From the NCBI GenBank assembly GCA_965226495.1, contig OZ245365.1, positions 3,584,001 through 3,648,000 on the forward strand: 64,000 nucleotides of DNA, written 5' to 3'. The notes beneath the pieces were generated by a model. That model was not told where the DNA came from, made no database searches, and worked only from the letters and a program-made list of their open reading frames with translations. Positions 59,232 through 64,000 of this stretch are shown piece after piece (within the stretch, counting starts at the first letter, position 1; each line of letters begins with the position of its first letter). The stretch is from Candidatus Marinacidobacterales bacterium. Its GTDB lineage: Bacteria; Acidobacteriota; Vicinamibacteria; Marinacidobacterales; DATDRI01. Position numbers and translations under genes: made by a program.

Positions 59232-60494
59232 TCAATCTTGCCCAAGCACGTGCAACCGCAGCAAATTGAGGGCCGCCTGCGAGCTCCACCATTTCACTTG
59301 CGAGCGTGCGCCAGGAATCTGTAGCCGTCGCACAGCGCTCACCTTTCCATCGTAAACTGCGATGAAGACGAGCCCTACCGGCTTTTCGTCGTTCCCTCCT
59401 TGGGGGCCCGCGATGCCCGTAACCGCCACCGCGAGATCGGTACCCGCGTTCTTGCGTGCCCCTTCGGCCATCGATTTCGCCACTTCTTCGCTCACGGCGC
59501 CATGGGCGCGAATAAGGTCCCTCGGAACGTCGAGCAATTCGACTTTGCTCTCGTTGCTATAGGTCACGAAACCCCTTTCAACGTAGCGGGAGCTGCCGGG
59601 AACCTCCGTGAGACGATGAGCGATAAGACCTCCGGTGCAAGATTCGGCCACCGCAATGGTGAGTGATCGTTCGCTCAACAAGCAGCCCACAACTTCCTCC
59701 AAGGTTTCGCCCTTCTCGCTGAAGATCTTCCTTCCTAGTACATCGCGCAGTTTCTTCGCCAATTCGTCGTTTGAGGTATCCGCTTCCGTCGCAGTGCGCG
59801 CCCTTGCGGTGAGACGGATCTCGACCTGTCCGGCAGACGCCAAAATCGTAGTGCTCGGATTGTCGTATTGGCCGTAGATCGGGGCCACCATCTGCTCTAC
59901 CGAGGATTCGGGCAGTCCGGCTATGAATAGCTGCTTGGTCCGATAAACCACGCCGCGGGCGCGCTCCGCCAGTCCGGGAAGCACTTGGGACTCGAAAATC
60001 GATTGGAGTTCGTGAGGAGGACCCGGCAGGAGCACCACATCCTTCGCCACGTCTTCAATCGCCGGGGGAGTCACCGTGATCCACAAGCCGGGCGCGGTGC
60101 CGACACCATTTGCAAGAACCTTCGCACCTTCTAGAACCAGCGCCTGCTTTCGATTGACCTCGGCCATGATGAGTCCGCGCCGTTCGAAACGAAGGCGAAT
60201 GCCTTCGAGCACGACTTCATCGAGATTCATGCTAAGACCGAGAGCATCCGCAAAGCCCTCTCGAGTCACGTCGTCGGAAGTCGGGCCGAGCCCCCCAGTG
60301 ACCAATACGAGATCGGCGCGAGCCAGCGCTTGCCGGGCCGCCTCGGCGATTGCGTCCCGATCGTCTCCGACGGTGGCGCGAAAGACGACCGGGATCCCTG
60401 CCGACGCCAGTCGTTCGATCAAGTAAGTCGAGTTCGTATCGGTACGCCCCGGCGTCAGGAGCTCACTCCCAACGGTTAAAAGCTGAGCCTTCAA
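59232..60494 (-). CDS. cinA: Competence/damage-inducible protein CinA
   Basis: VGSELL...DTNS, VGDD, GGLGPTSDD, GTAPG, LPGPP, AESCTGG, HGAVS and TGIAGP; TTG start with GGAG RBS. Confidence 0.95.
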   Translation of the reverse strand: MKAQLLTVGSELLTPGRTDTNSTYLIERLASAGIPVVFRATVGDDRDAIAEAARQALARADLVLVTGGLGPTSDDVTREGFADALGLSMNLDEVVLEGIRLRFERRGLIMAEVNRKQALVLEGAKVLANGVGTAPGLWITVTPPAIEDVAKDVVLLPGPPHELQSIFESQVLPGLAERARGVVYRTKQLFIAGLPESSVEQMVAPIYGQYDNPSTTILASAGQVEIRLTARARTATEADTSNDELAKKLRDVLGRKIFSEKGETLEEVVGCLLSERSLTIAVAESCTGGLIAHRLTEVPGSSRYVERGFVTYSNESKVELLDVPRDLIRAHGAVSEEVAKSMAEGARKNAGTDLAVAVTGIAGPQGGNDEKPVGLVFIAVYDGKVSAVRRLQIPGARSQVKWWSSQAALNLLRLHVLGQD

Positions 60495-60505
60495 CCGGTC
60501 TCCGT

Positions 60506-60988
60506 TCAGCTTGCGACGAGGAGTGCTGGCCAAACCAGACTCGCTAGCCGCAGCACAAGGTTCGCGTAGACTCCCGCGATAAGATCGTCGGCCATGATCC
60601 CCAGCCCTCCTGCAAGTCCTTCCGCTCGGCGGCAAGGAAATGGCTTGATGATGTCGAACAAACGGAACAGGAGAAATCCCACTAACAGGCCCACCCAACT
60701 TACCGGGATCAGAAAGAGCGTCAGCAGCATCCCGGCTATTTCGTCAACAACGACATGGGACGGATCCTTTTTGGCAAAGTGCTTCTCCGCGACGTTAGAC
60801 GCCAACACGCCCGTCACGGAAAAGAAGACCACCGCAAGACCGTAAACGATATCGGACTCGGTCAAGCGCAACCCACGGTCGATAAGGATCGCCAATGCCG
60901 AACCGGCGGTCCCCGGTGCGATCGGAGAAAACCCCGTGTACGCGCCTGTTGCCAGAAAAAGCGCCGCTCTTCGCGATAACGAGCTCAT
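60506..60988 (-). CDS. pgpA: Phosphatidylglycerophosphatase A
   Basis: APGTAGS, KDP..VV.DE..G, FRLFDIIKPFP and GIMADDLIAG. Confidence 0.96.
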   Translation of the reverse strand: MSSLSRRAALFLATGAYTGFSPIAPGTAGSALAILIDRGLRLTESDIVYGLAVVFFSVTGVLASNVAEKHFAKKDPSHVVVDEIAGMLLTLFLIPVSWVGLLVGFLLFRLFDIIKPFPCRRAEGLAGGLGIMADDLIAGVYANLVLRLASLVWPALLVAS

Positions 60989-61041
60989 TTTTCGTCCACC
61001 CTCTCGTACCCTAGACTAGGCTCGCTGGGACCGGGCCGCAA

Positions 61042-62895
61042 CTAGTCGGGTTTTTCATTTTCACCGGCTTCGGCCTCTGGTAGCTCCGGCCGTACACGAA
61101 TGGTTTGGTATTGACTAATGCGAACCGTTCCAGGGGGGGCGGCTGGTATCTTCCGTACGTTCTTCCGGGGACAGTAGTGAACTTCCACTGCAGTGGAACC
61201 CCGGGCTTTGCTCAGATACGCAGCAACCGCCGCCGCTTGCTCTATCTCTTCGCTCTCGCCGATGCCACTCGTCGTCCCGCTTGTCGGCCGGCGCAACACG
61301 ACGTGTGCCCCCGCCATCCCCGCGGCGTGAAACCAAAGTTCGTCCGGACGAGCGATCCCAAACGTCAGGTCTTCATTCGAACGTGCCGAGCGTCCGGCCA
61401 AGACCGTCGCCCCCCCCGGCAGTCGAAAGCGTCGCGGCCCAAGCCTCCGTTCGGTGCGTGTCGGCGCCCCTTTGCCTTTGGCGCCCGCCTTCGCACCGGA
61501 CATACTTTTTGGGCTTCGCGGACCTTTTCGGCTCTGGCTCTGCCGGCCCCGCGAGCTCGACAGGCCCGCCCGGCCCGCCCGGCTCGTCGGGCCCAAGAGG
61601 CCCGCCTCACGCATCTCCTGAACCAGAGGCGCAAGGGTGTCACCCCCTACCGCATCTCGGAGGCCTAGCTCGAGTGTCTCCAGGTAGTCGACCTCCCTCG
61701 TCGTCTTTCCTATGCGCTCGTCTAGCGACGCTCGACTCCGATCCGTTTTACGAGCACGGCCGAAGTAGCGGCGAGCGTTCCGCGTCAAATCGAGACGGGG
61801 ATCAACGGGCACTCGCACCATCGGTGAGTCCGCGTGATAAGGGTCGGGAACCATAACTTCTCCGCCCGTCCGCTTTGCCTGGTGGAGACCGGCGAGCAGC
61901 AGCTCACCCCAACGCCTGAGCTGACTTGGATCCTGAAGGCCGTCTCGTTCCCCTTCCAAACGATCTTTCAGTTTCACAACCTTCTTCAACCGGCGCCGGA
62001 GAGCACCCATGCCCTCGAGGTAGAGGCTGCGCGAGGTACCGAGTTGAAAAGATTGCATGACGAAAGCCGCCGCCGTTTCGTTACATTCGGAGAATCGGCT
62101 CGCCGACCACCCGGTTGGAGGCGACAGGGCAATCGGAGATGCCATTGGCAAAGGGGCCTTTCCTTCGAAATCATCAGACGAAGGGGAAAGAAGCATAGGG
62201 CGCGGAGCTTCAACTAGTTTCTTAGCGATCTCGGCGAATGCCGTATCGAGATGGACTCCATCGGCAACTAGGGCATTCATTTCCCTGACCAGCAACGGAC
62301 TAAGCCCGCTCGCGGAGCTAATCGCGCGGGATTCTTTGAGGCCTTGCCGCAGTGCCTCCGCCAATCGCTCGGCGAACTCTTCGGCGCTCGTCGCGAGGGG
62401 TTGCGATCCCGGGGGTGGCTCGAGACCCTCGAAGACATCGCCCGGGACCAGGCGCGGTGTGCCAGGGCTGACGACATCCAGTACCTCGCGACTTTCGGAA
62501 TCCACGAGAAACGCAGCCGTTCTGGTCCCCGGCCACTCAAGGATCAACGTGAGAGCCCGTTTGGCTCCACTCGCTTTCGTATACTGCCAATCGAGCGTCA
62601 CCACCTTGTCCAGAGATGCGGCTTCGATGTTTGCGACGGAAGCTCCGGCGAGCAGTTTCTTGAAGCGAGCCTGCCCAATTTGCCCGGGAGTCCCATCCGG
62701 GCGCATCGGCGGCCGTCCCATGTAGAAGCCAGGCGCTTGGGGTGAGAGGCTCACGACGAGATCGCGACCGCGCTTCGTCCCAAGGAGGATCGTGAAGCCC
62801 AAGCCAGCGTTCCAGGGGCTGTGACCTCGCGCGCGACGCCCAATCAGTTGGGGCGCCACCTCGCGCACCAACGCGCTCAGGAAGAAACGGTCCAT
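61042..62895 (-). CDS. rqcH: NFACT family ribosome quality control protein (RqcH/FbpA)
   Basis: NFACT-N, coiled coil GELL...NA.RYF..ARK, NFACT-R GRSA.SNE.LT...WFHA....GAHVV...AA.AAY.SK. Confidence 0.85.
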   Translation of the reverse strand: MDRFFLSALVREVAPQLIGRRARGHSPWNAGLGFTILLGTKRGRDLVVSLSPQAPGFYMGRPPMRPDGTPGQIGQARFKKLLAGASVANIEAASLDKVVTLDWQYTKASGAKRALTLILEWPGTRTAAFLVDSESREVLDVVSPGTPRLVPGDVFEGLEPPPGSQPLATSAEEFAERLAEALRQGLKESRAISSASGLSPLLVREMNALVADGVHLDTAFAEIAKKLVEAPRPMLLSPSSDDFEGKAPLPMASPIALSPPTGWSASRFSECNETAAAFVMQSFQLGTSRSLYLEGMGALRRRLKKVVKLKDRLEGERDGLQDPSQLRRWGELLLAGLHQAKRTGGEVMVPDPYHADSPMVRVPVDPRLDLTRNARRYFGRARKTDRSRASLDERIGKTTREVDYLETLELGLRDAVGGDTLAPLVQEMREAGLLGPTSRAGRAGLSSSRGRQSQSRKGPRSPKSMSGAKAGAKGKGAPTRTERRLGPRRFRLPGGATVLAGRSARSNEDLTFGIARPDELWFHAAGMAGAHVVLRRPTSGTTSGIGESEEIEQAAAVAAYLSKARGSTAVEVHYCPRKNVRKIPAAPPGTVRISQYQTIRVRPELPEAEAGENEKPD

Positions 62896-62937
62896 AGCTC
62901 GTGGGGAAAGTGGTGAAGAACCGGAGCGTGGAGCCCG

Positions 62938-63999
62938 TCAGATGCGAACGACCTTGGTGGAAGCGAGCCGATCGTGCCAAGCACGTCTTCCGATATCGCT
63001 CCACAACCCAACGAACCCAGCGCCGAGCGGAAGGGTCGAGAGGACCAATCCCAGAGTTCTAACAAAGGCCCGCCCGAAACCGAGAGGCTGGCCGAGCGGA
63101 TCCACCACCCGAGAGTTGGTCAGCAACTTGCCCAACGTTTGCCCGGATAGGCTCCAAAAAAACAAGAAGTATCCCGCCGCCAGAAGAAATCCAACGCAGC
63201 CCAAGGCGGCGACAGCCGGGCCAGGCAGCGCTCGGAGAGGCTGACCGAGGAGATTCGTCGTTAGGTAGGCCAACCCCAGTAGGAGCAGCGCGAGGAAACT
63301 CAAATCGATGAAGCCGCCCAGGAGCCTTTCGGCGGGTGAAGCAAGCTCAAAATGCTCAATGGTGTCGCTGCCGATACGGGGCCGGCGCGACGGTTTGATC
63401 TCGTCCGGGGCTTCCGGCGCCATCGGACCCTCGGGCAGATCCACTTCCAACGTTGCTGCCGCGGCGGCAGCGCCCGAGGTGGATCGCCCTGTCTGATAGG
63501 CCTCTTGAACTGTTCCAAGCTGAGGGGCGTGCCGGGTTTGGCCGGCCTCCCCGGCGTGGATCGCTACCTCACCCGCGTCGACCATGGCCCGAACTCGGTT
63601 TCTAGGCTGCGAAAGCTTGTGCTCGACCCGGGCACGAATCTCCGCCCTTCGTTGACGAATGAGGTCCTTCTCTTTATCGATCTCACTCACCGACCCGCCC
63701 CGACCCGCATCACCAAGCTCGCCGAAGATGGTGAGCTGTCGCGCGACCTGCTCCTGCTGAACCTGCTGCTGCTTTCGAAGTTCCTTCCGCCGTTGGACGG
63801 TCTCTCTGATTTGCTGGCGCCAATCAGATTCACCGGGCTTACCGGGCGCTGCCCGCTCAACAGCCTCAGCAGGCTCAGCAGGCTCAGCAGGCTCAGCAGG
63901 CCTGCCAAATTGTCTCGTCGTTGTCGCGTATGCGGGCCGCATCGGCTGCTTGGGACGTCTGGAGGGTCCGGGTTCCCTTTCGGATCCTGTCATCGCCAC
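62938..63999 (-). CDS. RDD family membrane protein with long N-terminal extension (start may lie outside the window)
   Basis: AS..ERL.G.FID...YF..FW...GQTLGK...R...R.WHDRLA.T.V. Confidence 0.88.
   Translation of the reverse strand: MAMTGSEREPGPSRRPKQPMRPAYATTTRQFGRPAEPAEPAEPAEAVERAAPGKPGESDWRQQIRETVQRRKELRKQQQVQQEQVARQLTIFGELGDAGRGGSVSEIDKEKDLIRQRRAEIRARVEHKLSQPRNRVRAMVDAGEVAIHAGEAGQTRHAPQLGTVQEAYQTGRSTSGAAAAAATLEVDLPEGPMAPEAPDEIKPSRRPRIGSDTIEHFELASPAERLLGGFIDLSFLALLLLGLAYLTTNLLGQPLRALPGPAVAALGCVGFLLAAGYFLFFWSLSGQTLGKLLTNSRVVDPLGQPLGFGRAFVRTLGLVLSTLPLGAGFVGLWSDIGRRAWHDRLASTKVVRI
63865..63900. repeat. 9-bp tandem repeat (CTCAGCAGG)x4 encoding PAE repeats
   Basis: Read directly from the sequence. 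Confidence 0.85.
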
Positions 64000-64000
64000 A

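Noticed and set aside
57944-60988. Absence of recA after cinA-thpR
   Set aside because: Gene order here varies widely among bacteria; recA is probably elsewhere.

Overview
GC-rich bacterial window; gene content suggests Acidobacteriota, possibly Vicinamibacteria-like (inference only). Three parts. (1) 1-8.3 kb accessory genes: gltX (partial), a DUF72 protein, a tandem pair of unusual QueG/reductive-dehalogenase-like Fe-S proteins plus a small HTH protein, an FHA-DUF4388 protein, a frameshifted lipoprotein metalloprotease and an ArsR/SRPBCC module. (2) About 8.3-15.95 kb: a decayed island ending at the 3' end of tRNA-Ala(CGC). It carries a broken AbiE toxin-antitoxin pair, an intact inositol monophosphatase + IPCT/DIPPS cassette, gene fragments and a duplicated ~77-bp junction-like repeat. 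(3) 16-64 kb core genome: lolA, TPR-secretin, TlpA, signalling genes, mpl/ldcA and a secreted M18 peptidase. A long minus-strand run follows: RDD, rqcH, pgpA, cinA, thpR, plsY, adenylate cyclase, HD-GYP, PilF-like, ftsY, ribD/E/BA, ffh, rpsP, khpA, rimM, trmD, rplS, then an SgmX-like TPR protein and a Ser/Thr kinase-phosphatase-FHA-PEGA/PDZ/NHL envelope-signalling cluster. Two single-base homopolymer frameshifts (kinase, plsY) suggest sequencing indel errors, so frameshift calls need read-level confirmation. All product calls are from motif recognition; no database searches were run.
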